From the NCBI GenBank assembly GCA_963765145.1, contig CAVXVG010000020.1, forward strand, positions 48,168 to 112,167: DNA of 64,000 bases. Direction: 5' to 3'. Below the pieces are notes generated by a model. It was given only the letters and a program-made list of their open reading frames with translations. It was not told where the DNA came from and did not search any database. A program made the translations under genes and the position numbers. Of the stretch, positions 10,897 to 20,597 are shown one piece after another; the stretch's first letter is position 1; every line of letters starts with the position of its first letter. This DNA is from Parachlamydiales bacterium (GTDB lineage Bacteria > Chlamydiota > Chlamydiia > Chlamydiales > JAJFMK01).

Positions 10897-11340
10897 ATGA
10901 CAGACTTAAGTGCATTAAAAAATAATTCTCGTCCCTACAAAACGCGTAAGCGTGTAGGTAGAGGTCCGGGATCAAAACTGGGTAAAACTTGCGGTCGCGG
11001 TGTAAAAGGTGCGGGTTCTCGTTCCGGTTATACTAGACGTTGGGGCTATGAAGGCGGTCAGATGCGTATGCACATGAAAATGCCTAAGCGTGGTTTCAGC
11101 AACGTTAGATTCCAGAAAAGGCTTGAATCAGTCAATTTGGGTATGATCGAAGAACACTTTCAAGATGGCGATGAAGTCAGCTACGAAACGTTGTTCCTAA
11201 AACGTCTAGTTCGTGGTAACGGATATGGCGTGAAATTGTTGGGTGACGGCGAAATAACAAAGAAAGTTGTTTTGGTTGTTGATGACATTTCAGAATCTGC
11301 TCGAGTGAAAATTGAAAAGGCCGGCATCCAAGTAGGATAA
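10897..11340 (+). CDS. rplO: 50S ribosomal protein L15
   Basis: RKRVGRGPGS.GKTCGRG, EGGQ, PKRGF. Confidence 0.97.
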   Translation: MTDLSALKNNSRPYKTRKRVGRGPGSKLGKTCGRGVKGAGSRSGYTRRWGYEGGQMRMHMKMPKRGFSNVRFQKRLESVNLGMIEEHFQDGDEVSYETLFLKRLVRGNGYGVKLLGDGEITKKVVLVVDDISESARVKIEKAGIQVG

Positions 11341-11439
11341 GCCTTTTGTGTGAAAAGGTTGCAAAGTGTTTTTGAACACCTTGCAACTTCTTCTAGTGAA
11401 ATAGTTGAAACAGAATCCTCCATAAGAGGACATGGTAGT

Positions 11440-12810
11440 ATGTTCCCAAACCTGCAGAAAATCTTACAGATTCCCGAGCTAAAGCAAAAGATTATATTCA
11501 CTTTGCTAATGCTTGTAGTCTGCCGTATCGGTGGATTTGTTCCCGTTCCAGGTATTAACGGTGAACTTGCCATGTCGTTGTTTAAACAGGCAACTGGTGG
11601 TGCTCAAAACCTGTTTCAGTTAGTTGACATTTTTTCTGGCGGCGCATTTTCACAAATGACAGTCATTGCATTAGGTGTGATTCCATACATTTCTTCTTCG
11701 ATCATCATGCAATTGATGATGGCTTTATCGCCAAGCTTGATGAGAGAAATGCAAGAGAACCAACAAGCAGCACGCCGTAAAGTTAATCAATACACAAGAT
11801 ACCTAACCGTTATACTGGCTTTGGTTCAGTCGTTTTTGTTCGCAAGATACGCTTTATCAATGAATTTGGCTAACCCAGGCATCATCAACTCAGAGCTCAT
11901 CACAAATACCTTATTTGGCTTTCCATTGCTCTTCTTTGTTGTGACCATGTTAAGCATGACAGCTGGTACGATGTTTTTGGTTTGGGTAGGTGAACAGATC
12001 ACTGACCGTGGAATTGGTAACGGAATGAGTTTGATCATCACGCTTGGTATCGTTTCTTCTCTTCCTTCGGCCGTAGGTCAAGTGTTCCAACAGCTAAACT
12101 TAGATTCGCAAGCTGCCGGTCAGATGAGCTTTACAACTGTGATTGTGCTGTTGGCTATGTTTATCCTAGTCACCCTTTCAACAATTCTTATTGTTCAAGG
12201 AACAAGGAAGATTCCACTTCAGTATGCAAGAAGGGTGGTAGGTCGCCAGGAAGTACAAGGGGCGACATCCTTTATTCCATTAAAAGTAAATTACGCAGGG
12301 GTTGTGCCGGTTATTTTTGCATCAGCACTTCTCATGTTCCCAGCTACACTTGCTCAATTTATCGGACAAGGTACTTGGTTTGCTGATATCGCTGCATCCA
12401 TTACGCCCGGATCGACAATCTACATTCTATTCTATGTCGCTCTGATCGTATTTTTTACCTATTTTTGGACTGCAACACAATTTAAGCCTGACCAGATTGC
12501 TTCAGAAATGAAGAAAAATGGGGCTTTTATCCCAGGAGTACGGCAAGGGAAACCGACCCAAGAATACCTGGAAGATACGATGAATAAGATCACTTTCTTA
12601 GGAGCAATCTCGCTTGCGTTGATTGCAGTCCTACCAAATATGGTAGGCAGATTCTTAGGGGTACCTCCAACCATTAGCTATTATTTTGGTGGAACGGCTC
12701 TTTTGATTCTCGTTGGAGTGGTCTTGGATACTGTAAAACAGGTGGAATCCCACCTCATTATGAAGCGATATGATGGCTTCATGAGAAAAAGTAAGGCTAA
12801 AATGAGATGA
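11440..12810 (+). CDS. secY: preprotein translocase subunit SecY
   Basis: ALGVIPYISSSII, GEQITDRGIGNG, FIPGVRQGK, GGTALLILVGV; start trimmed to ATG 11440. Confidence 0.98.
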   Translation: MFPNLQKILQIPELKQKIIFTLLMLVVCRIGGFVPVPGINGELAMSLFKQATGGAQNLFQLVDIFSGGAFSQMTVIALGVIPYISSSIIMQLMMALSPSLMREMQENQQAARRKVNQYTRYLTVILALVQSFLFARYALSMNLANPGIINSELITNTLFGFPLLFFVVTMLSMTAGTMFLVWVGEQITDRGIGNGMSLIITLGIVSSLPSAVGQVFQQLNLDSQAAGQMSFTTVIVLLAMFILVTLSTILIVQGTRKIPLQYARRVVGRQEVQGATSFIPLKVNYAGVVPVIFASALLMFPATLAQFIGQGTWFADIAASITPGSTIYILFYVALIVFFTYFWTATQFKPDQIASEMKKNGAFIPGVRQGKPTQEYLEDTMNKITFLGAISLALIAVLPNMVGRFLGVPPTISYYFGGTALLILVGVVLDTVKQVESHLIMKRYDGFMRKSKAKMR

Positions 12811-12873
12811 GCCCCTTTCAAGTTTTACAAAGAAATGATAAACTATTAGCTCTTTTCCTCTAGGAGACTGCAC

Positions 12874-13242
12874 ATGCCACGGATTATCGGGATAGACGTT
12901 CCAGATAACAAGCGACTCGTTATTAGCCTTACTTACCTTTTTGGTATCGGTAAGCATTTGTCGCAACAGATCATTGATCGTTTGGGATTGGATCCCAACT
13001 TGAGAGCGCATAAATTAACTCAAGACGATATAGCGAAAATTAACACCCTCTTGCAGGCTGAATATGTAGTGGAAGGGGATTTAAGAAGAGATATTCAAAA
13101 CAACATTAAACGTTTAATCTCGATCCATTCGTATCGCGGAATGCGTCACCGTCTAAAATTGCCCGTTAGAGGACAAAGGACAAGGACCAACGCTCGTACG
13201 AGAAAAGGTAAGAAGAAAACAGTGGCTAACAAGAAAAAATAG
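12874..13242 (+). CDS. rpsM: 30S ribosomal protein S13
   Basis: [29 protein letters not shown]. Confidence 0.98.
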   Translation: MPRIIGIDVPDNKRLVISLTYLFGIGKHLSQQIIDRLGLDPNLRAHKLTQDDIAKINTLLQAEYVVEGDLRRDIQNNIKRLISIHSYRGMRHRLKLPVRGQRTRTNARTRKGKKKTVANKKK

Positions 13243-13254
13243 GGCAGATTGTAA

Positions 13255-13659
13255 ATGAATAAGCAAGTAGCTTCCAAAAAGGGACCAAAGGCCAAAAAAC
13301 GTGCGTTTTCTAATGTTCCTTTTGCAATAGCCCATGTTAAGGCAACCTTTAACAACACGATCATTGCGATTACAGATCCATCAGGAAAAGTTCTTTCGTG
13401 GTCTTCAGCCGGTAAAGTTAACTTTTCTGGCTCGAGAAAATCTGCAGCTTTTGCAGCAACAGTAGCGGCTCAAGATGCTGCTAAGTCTGCGCAAAGCTAC
13501 GGTGTTAAAGAGATTGAAGTCAATTTAAATGGACCTGGCGCTGGTCGTGAATCTGCTGTAAGGGGATTCATTGGTGCAGGATTGAATGTGACGACTATTA
13601 GGGATAAAACACCCGTTCCACATAACGGCTGCAGACCCCGCAAAAAACGTCGCGTATAA
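13255..13659 (+). CDS. rpsK: 30S ribosomal protein S11
   Basis: [24 protein letters not shown]. Confidence 0.98.
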   Translation: MNKQVASKKGPKAKKRAFSNVPFAIAHVKATFNNTIIAITDPSGKVLSWSSAGKVNFSGSRKSAAFAATVAAQDAAKSAQSYGVKEIEVNLNGPGAGRESAVRGFIGAGLNVTTIRDKTPVPHNGCRPRKKRRV

Positions 13660-13687
13660 AGAAACGAAGAGTTGGAGTTAAACAAGC

Positions 13688-14815
13688 ATGACATCACTTC
13701 CTTATGGAAAGTTTGAGCTACCTACAAAAATCACTGTAGAAGAAAAAGGCAAAACGCCTAACTTCGCAAGAGTGGTTCTCGAGCCGTTCGAGAAAGGGTA
13801 TGGCCACACGGTTGGAAACACGATGCGTCGTGTACTTCTTACTTCGATAGAAGCGCCTGCCATTATCTCTTTGTCGATTGAAGGCGTACCACACGAATTC
13901 ATGTCGATGGAGGGGGTCATTGAAGATATGACCACAATCGTCCTGAATTTGAAAGGTGGTTTGATCAGAAAATTGAACTTTTCTGAAGATCGTCTAGGCA
14001 CTTCAAGGATCATTACTACACAGTTAGATATCAATAAAAGTGATATTGACGCTCAAAAAGGTGCATACCAAGTTAAGTTAGGCGAACTTATTAAGGATAA
14101 GACTTATGAAGTAGTCAATCCTAATATGCACGTCTTTACAGTCACTAAGCCTTTCAAAAAACAGATTGATTTAAGAATTGCTTTAGGCCGTGGATATGTC
14201 CCATCAGAGCGTCATCAAATTTTTGACAGAGTCTCAAACGAGATCCTTCTTGATGCTGCCTATTCACCAGTACGTCTTGTAAACTATATTGTTGAAAACA
14301 CAAGGGTTGGACAAGATACTGACTTTGATAAATTAATATTCGAAATCACAACCGACGGAAGGATTACTCCAGCCGAGGCACTTTCATTTGCTGCGCAGAT
14401 TTCAGTGAAGCATTTCGATATCTTTAACAAAATTAAAAGTTACAACCTCACATTCGATGAAGAGCAAACAGAGCTGACTTCAGATGATGATGAGATTTTA
14501 GATAAGCTCTCTTTAGGAATCGATGAAATCGAACTTTCAGTTCGTTCAACCAACTGCTTAGTTGGTGCAAACATCGAGACTATTGCAGAACTTGTTTCGA
14601 TCCCAGATCGAAAAATGTTAGAATTTAGAAACTTTGGTAAGAAATCTCTCAATGAAATCAAGGCAAAGCTTACAGAAATGGGGCTTCACCTTGGAATGGA
14701 TCTTTCTCGCTTCAATATCACGCTTGACAACGTTAAAGAGAAAATGCGTCAAGTTAGAGAACAGCGCAGAACCAGAAGAGAACAAGCTAAGGCCGAAGAG
14801 GAATCACAGGTTTAG
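13688..14815 (+). CDS. rpoA: RNA polymerase subunit alpha
   Basis: [41 protein letters not shown]. Confidence 0.98.
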   Translation: MTSLPYGKFELPTKITVEEKGKTPNFARVVLEPFEKGYGHTVGNTMRRVLLTSIEAPAIISLSIEGVPHEFMSMEGVIEDMTTIVLNLKGGLIRKLNFSEDRLGTSRIITTQLDINKSDIDAQKGAYQVKLGELIKDKTYEVVNPNMHVFTVTKPFKKQIDLRIALGRGYVPSERHQIFDRVSNEILLDAAYSPVRLVNYIVENTRVGQDTDFDKLIFEITTDGRITPAEALSFAAQISVKHFDIFNKIKSYNLTFDEEQTELTSDDDEILDKLSLGIDEIELSVRSTNCLVGANIETIAELVSIPDRKMLEFRNFGKKSLNEIKAKLTEMGLHLGMDLSRFNITLDNVKEKMRQVREQRRTRREQAKAEEESQV

Positions 14816-14823
14816 GAAGCAAC

Positions 14824-15252
14824 ATGAGACACCGTAAGCGCACTTTAAAACTTAACAATACCTCTTCTCATAACAGATGTCTTTTTGCCAATATGCTGAA
14901 GTCTCTGATTGAGAATGAAAAAATTGTAACAACTGTCCCCAAAGGCAAATGGCTGAAACGCTTTGCTGATAAAATGGTGACTTTAGCTAAGGAAAACACT
15001 TTGGCTAGCCGCCGACGTGCTATTGCAGAAATGATGGTTCGTTTTAACGAGTTGTCTGGTAAAGAAGCTCGTGCAGCAAAAGGTGGCGACCTGTCAGCTT
15101 ACAACACTGATCGTAAAGTCATTGGTAAGCTTTTCAATGAGTTAGGACCTAGATTTGCAACCAGAAATGGTGGTTACACACGTCTCATCAGGCTTGGTAA
15201 TCGTGTAGGCGACAATGCAGAAACTTGCATCGTCGAATACTTAGGCGCTTAA
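14824..15252 (+). CDS. rplQ: 50S ribosomal protein L17
   Basis: MRHRK, RNGGYTR, RVGDNA. Confidence 0.97.
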   Translation: MRHRKRTLKLNNTSSHNRCLFANMLKSLIENEKIVTTVPKGKWLKRFADKMVTLAKENTLASRRRAIAEMMVRFNELSGKEARAAKGGDLSAYNTDRKVIGKLFNELGPRFATRNGGYTRLIRLGNRVGDNAETCIVEYLGA

Positions 15253-15270
15253 GCGCTTAGTTTCTAGTAG

Positions 15271-15292
15271 GGAGCTCTTTAAAAAGAGCTCC
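15271..15292 (+). other. intergenic hairpin between rplQ and gapA
   Basis: GGAGCTCTTT-aa-AAAGAGCTCC; no U-tract, so terminator function is uncertain. Confidence 0.45.
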
Positions 15293-15326
15293 GATCATAC
15301 CTTGCCAACCCCAAAGGGGAATCTAG

Positions 15327-16334
<1,008 letters not shown>

Positions 16335-16350
16335 ACGATAGAGAGTTATA

Positions 16351-17156
16351 GTGGATTATACCCGTGAACCGATCATTGAGACGGTGATTACCCCGAAAGA
16401 AGGGTGCAAGCTTGTCTTAAGAAATACGAAAGGGGCATCACAAGAAGAATATTTTGTAGATGCCATAGAAGTGGTAACTTTTGGAACTACCCATTTTTTC
16501 CGTTCCCTTGAAAAGCCGAAACCATTTCTCATTCCTACGACCGATTTTGAGGTTTTAGAAGTGAGAGAACCCCGGATGATTTTAAAAACATCTGGCATTG
16601 ATCGTTCGATCAAGATTTCGGGCGGAAAAGAAAAGCCCCATAAAGAACACCATCATCCTAAAGAGCAAGTTGAAGAAAAGCGTCAACCTGAAGAGAAAAA
16701 GCAGGAAGAAAAACGTCCTGATGATAAAGATGGCCAAGGTGAAAGAAAGCGTAACCGCCGTTCTTCCCGCCGTCGTCGTGATAAAGATGAGGAGCATGAG
16801 CCAAAAGGTGAAAATCCGGTAGAAGGTGGCGAATTGCCTCCTCCACCACGCCTAATAGCACCTCCGCCGACTCTTATATCAGAGACTCTTTCTCGATACC
16901 GAGACCAAGACCAGTTCAAAGGTGCTTTTTACGATAAAGAGACTGAAACTAAAGAAGGTCTCATAAAAGAAGAAGAGCGCCCTTTTTTTCCGCCACAGAA
17001 GAATTTAATGAAGCAGACGATCTCCTTTTTAGGACGCCGCCTCAAGAATCTCCTTCAGAAGGAAGAGTAAGAAAGCCACGTCACGCGAAGGAAGAGGTCC
17101 CTCACATGGAAGAAGATCCATTTGACAATCCTCCTCTAATCGGCGATGATGATTAA
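16351..17156 (+). CDS. grgA: Chlamydiae-specific transcription factor GrgA (CT504 family), probable 1-nt frameshift at T7 run 16983-16989
   Basis: N-terminus YTREPIIETVITPKEG...KPFLIP..DFEVLEVR resembles GrgA from recall; syntenic after gapA. The called ORF stops at 17070, but adding one T gives an acidic tail ending at TAA 17156. Confidence 0.8.
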
Positions 17157-17170
17157 CCAAAAATAACTCC

Positions 17171-17197
17171 AAAGGGGAAAACAACATTTTCCCCTTT
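17171..17197 (+). terminator. hairpin after grgA
   Basis: AAAGGGGAAAA-caaca-TTTTCCCCTTT. Confidence 0.5.
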
Positions 17198-17203
17198 CCT
17201 ACC

Positions 17204-17288
17204 GCTCGGATGGTGGAATGGTAGACACTAGGGACTTAAAATCCCTTGCTCTTTATCGGGCGTGCTGGTTCGACTCCAGTTCCGAGCA
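17204..17288 (+). tRNA. tRNA-Leu (anticodon TAA)
   Basis: Acceptor stem GCTCGGA/TCCGAGC; anticodon arm AGGGA-CTTAAAA-TCCCT; long variable arm; T-arm GCTGG-TTCGACT-CCAGT; CCA not encoded. Confidence 0.96.
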
Positions 17289-17332
17289 CTTAATTTACAG
17301 GGACTTAAGCGGAAATCAAAAAGGCTTAAGTC
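17233..17332 (+). repeat. att direct repeat copy 1 (attL)
   Basis: 100 bp identical to 30437-30536; starts in the anticodon arm and extends 44 bp past the tRNA. Confidence 0.95.
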
Positions 17333-17344
17333 CCTTTTCTTTTT
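17300..17344 (+). terminator. intrinsic terminator downstream of the tRNA
   Basis: GGGACTTAAGC-N13-GCTTAAGTCCC followed by TTTTCTTTTT. Confidence 0.7.
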
Positions 17345-17348
17345 CCAT

Positions 17349-17604
17349 TTTACGCACTTTTTACGCACTAGACTGCAAAAAGCCAGCATAAAAGAATTTT
17401 TTATTTTTCACTCATTTCCACCAAAAAGACGATCTGATCTTTTTTGTCGTGTGACATGCGTGACGCTTGTGACGACTGAGAGAAAACCTTGTCACAGTTT
17501 GCTCCACTTCATTTGTGTCACTTGTGACGTTCTCCAGTTTTTCTATCTCAATTTCAATGCCTTCTTCTGTAAAAACTTTTCTCTAGTGCGTAAAAAGTGC
17601 GTAA
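17349..17604. promoter_or_regulatory. putative integrase arm-type sites (TTACGCAC repeats)
   Basis: TTACGCACTTTTTACGCACTAGA at 17350-17372 and its inverted copy at 17582-17604; the motif recurs at 30301-30320, ~30565 and 33016-33035. Confidence 0.6.
17448..17528. repeat. iteron-like GTGAC/GTCAC cassette 1
   Basis: GTGAC at 17451, 17460 and 17469 (9-bp period), GTCAC at 17491 and 17517, GTGAC at 17524. Confidence 0.65.
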
Positions 17605-17734
17605 TTCCGTCCTTAGAGGCGAGAGCTATTCATTTTCTACACTATGAAAACCAGTTCGACACTCAAGGGATTGTCAATCGCTTGTTGCTGTTATTGCTAT
17701 ATTATTTTACATATTCCCCTTTGCGAGGTTTTTA

Positions 17735-18793
17735 ATGGGTACGATTCGTGAGCTAACAAGAAAAGATGGGTCAAAAACCTATCATGCCGAAGTTAGATTA
17801 AAGGGCTATCCAGATCAAAGAGATCGTTTTCGAACTCGTTCGGCTGCTAAAAAGTGGATACAGGATACTGAGAGCGCTATCCGTGATGGTCGTCATTTCA
17901 AAACAACTGAGGCAAAATCCCATACTGTCGGGGAGATGATCGACCGATTCGTTAACCAGTGGCTACCTAAGTTTCCTGAAAGATTGGAGAAACAAACGGC
18001 TCTCCTTTTCGTCTGGAAGGAAAAGTATGGCTACCTCCTTTTAGCTGACTTCACCCCTGCTGTAATCGCAGAATTTAGAGATAGTCTCTTGGCAGAAACA
18101 ACTGTGCGCGGCACCCTGCGAAGCCCTTCTACGGTCAATCGCTACCTTAGTGCTATGGGGAGTGTTCTTTCTGTGGCGATGAAGGAATGGGGCTGGATTG
18201 AAGACAGTCCAATGAGGAAGATCAAGAAACCATCAGAAGCTCCTGGTCGCGAGAGATTTCTCAGCCTTGAAGAAAAGGATCGGCTGCTGGAGGCGTGTAA
18301 AGAGTCTCGCAACACTAACCTATACCCGATGGTTGCTATTTCACTGATTTTGGGGGTTAGGTACGGTGAGCTAGCAGGATTACGATGGGGAGATATCGAT
18401 TGGGAGCAGAGAAAAATCACCCTCTGGCGAACCAAGAATGGAGATAATCGAATACTCCCACTAACAGCTGAAGTCGAAGATATACTCAAAGCCCTTTCTA
18501 CTTTTGGAAGCTCTGCTGAAAAACTAATTTTCCAGTCTAAAAATAGACAGGTGGGGGCTTCTAAAGTTAGCGTTAGAGGAGCTTTTGAAGGGGCATGTAA
18601 AAGAGCCGACATTAATAACTTCGTTTGGCATGACCTCAGACATTCTGCGGCCAGCTATATGGCCATGGGAGGAGCGACACAAGGTGAGCTGATGGCCATT
18701 TTGGGTCACCGTTCTCCAGCAATGACGCGTCGTTATGCCCATTACAGTCAAGATCATTTGAGAAATATGCTAGAGCGAACAAAGAGGATCTAG
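17735..18793 (+). CDS. tyrosine recombinase / site-specific integrase
   Basis: Catalytic residues present: LGVRYGEL (R), RTKNG (K), HDLRH, LGH, RYAH (Y); adjacent to attL. Confidence 0.95.
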   Translation: MGTIRELTRKDGSKTYHAEVRLKGYPDQRDRFRTRSAAKKWIQDTESAIRDGRHFKTTEAKSHTVGEMIDRFVNQWLPKFPERLEKQTALLFVWKEKYGYLLLADFTPAVIAEFRDSLLAETTVRGTLRSPSTVNRYLSAMGSVLSVAMKEWGWIEDSPMRKIKKPSEAPGRERFLSLEEKDRLLEACKESRNTNLYPMVAISLILGVRYGELAGLRWGDIDWEQRKITLWRTKNGDNRILPLTAEVEDILKALSTFGSSAEKLIFQSKNRQVGASKVSVRGAFEGACKRADINNFVWHDLRHSAASYMAMGGATQGELMAILGHRSPAMTRRYAHYSQDHLRNMLERTKRI

Positions 18794-18796
18794 GAA

Positions 18797-19933
18797 ATGA
18801 AAAATCTATCATTCAGTGAAGAGAGCAATTTCGGGAGTTATGGGATAACTGACGTTCCATTATTACCTGGTTTTTTTAAGGGTCGATTGGTTGCGGTTCC
18901 TGCACCGCATATCCCACCTGGAGCGGTAGAGGAAGATGGCCGCTTGCATCTATATAAATTCGAACTTTTAAATAAGGGTGATGAGGTAGAAGTCCCACCA
19001 CGGAAAAGCTATTTCGACTGGCTTCTTGAAAGTGGAGGGTTAAAATCCCATGTTTTAGAGCCTATTGATCCCAATGATCTAAGCGATAAAGAGACTAGGG
19101 ATTTATGTAGGCGCTCAGGGATTCCGCTAGGTTGGGTCAAACCTCAGCTCGATCGAAGAAAGTTTAAGGAAAGGGCTGCTGATGTTGGGAATGTACAGTA
19201 TGCTAAAAAAAGAAGGGTAAAGGAAAGGGAGCTGTACAGCGAACCCTTATTCAAAAAGTTTCTGAAGTGCCTTGGTAAGGTAAATAAAAAAAGTCGAATT
19301 GTAGCGGAGCTACTTTATCATTTGAACAAGCTCCTCTTGGGAGGTGGATACGTAACTTCAGAAGATGTTTTGCGTACGCAGCTGAAGGATGTGAGCTCTC
19401 CACTCGAACAGCCTAATTGGGTTCATTTGAGTCGAACATCTCAAGAGGGGACATTGCTATTTTCTCTTTGCTTGCCCAACAAACTAATGAAAAAGATTTT
19501 GGGGCAGATAAACCCAGGCTCAATCTTTGTGTTTGCAGCAGGCAATGGCGGGCCTCTTACGTCGGCCCAATTGGATAGAGATTTCAGGATAGCTTCTGAA
19601 AAAGCAGGAATAAATCCCCCAATTAAACCATTTAATTTAAGGCCAATAATAAACTTTGAGGCGGTATTGGAGGAAGACTATGAGCTTCTTTGTAAGGCTG
19701 TTCCCACTTTAGAACCAAAAAGAGGAAGGAAACCAATTCGTGATCCAAGAATGCTCCTCAATGCCATGTTGTTTCATTTAAGAGCTGGTTGTCCCTTTAG
19801 AAAACTGTCCTTTGAATTGGACTGGAGAGCTGCGCATTCTCAGTATTCTAGATGGAAAAAAACTGGGGTATTTGAGGAAATTCTGAAAATTTTGAAGAAA
19901 ATTTGTCCTCATTTAGCTTTTGGCAATCTTTGA
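18797..19933 (+). CDS. hybrid protein: degenerate tyrosine-recombinase-like core plus C-terminal IS5-transposase N-terminal (DUF4096-like) HTH
   Basis: FVF..GNGGPLT...FRIASEKAGI...KPFNLR, then RGRKP..DPR.LLNAMLFHLRAGCPFRKL...YSRWKKTGVFEEIL. Confidence 0.55.
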   Translation: MKNLSFSEESNFGSYGITDVPLLPGFFKGRLVAVPAPHIPPGAVEEDGRLHLYKFELLNKGDEVEVPPRKSYFDWLLESGGLKSHVLEPIDPNDLSDKETRDLCRRSGIPLGWVKPQLDRRKFKERAADVGNVQYAKKRRVKERELYSEPLFKKFLKCLGKVNKKSRIVAELLYHLNKLLLGGGYVTSEDVLRTQLKDVSSPLEQPNWVHLSRTSQEGTLLFSLCLPNKLMKKILGQINPGSIFVFAAGNGGPLTSAQLDRDFRIASEKAGINPPIKPFNLRPIINFEAVLEEDYELLCKAVPTLEPKRGRKPIRDPRMLLNAMLFHLRAGCPFRKLSFELDWRAAHSQYSRWKKTGVFEEILKILKKICPHLAFGNL

Positions 19934-20120
19934 ATTCGACGACAAAATTGAAATTCCTTACTCGCATGTTTGTTAAATCTGCGTCAAAAATATGCCTTTA
20001 GGAAATATCTAAAAGGCATTTCTATTGCATATAAATTTGAAATAAAATAAAAAGTGGATATAGCCACCTCAATCCAGAGCTGAGCAGTGGTAGCAGTAAT
20101 TAAGTAAGAAAGAGGCATTT

Positions 20121-20435
20121 ATGCAATCAACAGTTGTTAAAGAGACATGTGCAAAGGGAGATGAAAAGAGAAATGATCATTTCGAATCTCCTCAAATTCT
20201 GACGGTTCGTCAGTTTTGCACTAGGTTTCCTTGGCCATCAGAATCAGCAATGAGGTCATACATTTACAGGGCAAAGGAACTTGGATTTTCCGAGGCTTTT
20301 ATCCGCGTGAACAGACGAGTTTTAATAAACTCTAGAAAATTCTTTGAAATTATCGATCAACATCAAAGTCGTTCTAACTCAGGAGGTTTATATGAAACGG
20401 CACAATGCCCAGAAAAGGGAAAAAATCACTTTTGA
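20121..20435 (+). CDS. excisionase / AlpA-like DNA-binding protein
   Basis: ILTVRQF...PSESAMRSYI...FIRVNRRVLINSRKFFEII winged-HTH pattern; position between integrase and replication genes. Confidence 0.65.
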   Translation: MQSTVVKETCAKGDEKRNDHFESPQILTVRQFCTRFPWPSESAMRSYIYRAKELGFSEAFIRVNRRVLINSRKFFEIIDQHQSRSNSGGLYETAQCPEKGKNHF

Positions 20436-20544
20436 GCGAAGCAAAACAAATCGCTGGTACGAGTACGAGCTGAATAAAAAGTACCTCAGCCACCATAAGA
20501 GGGAAGCTGAGGTTAGAGCGTTAACAAGAGATTTAGGCATCTAA
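20392..20544 (+). CDS. small hypothetical protein
   Basis: ATG with strong AGGAGG RBS; 50 aa ending YEYELNKK...RDLGI. Confidence 0.55.
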   Translation: MKRHNAQKREKITFERSKTNRWYEYELNKKYLSHHKREAEVRALTRDLGI

Positions 20545-20597
20545 ACAACCCGCTCACTCCGCTTCAACGGAGTGAGCAATGTTTTAAACAGGCTCCT

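Noticed and set aside
2940..15252. Missing rpsJ, rpsN, rpmD, adk, infA, rpmJ and rpsD as a novelty
   Set aside because: This is the normal Chlamydiae arrangement; used only as taxonomic evidence.
17262..17735. 157-aa ORF (and the similar 30388-30630 ORF)
   Set aside because: They overlap the tRNA/att repeat and regulatory repeats; the shared peptide simply reflects the DNA repeat.
19680..19933. Active IS5 insertion sequence
   Set aside because: Only the N-terminal HTH region is present, in frame within a larger ORF, with no DDE domain and no TIRs seen.
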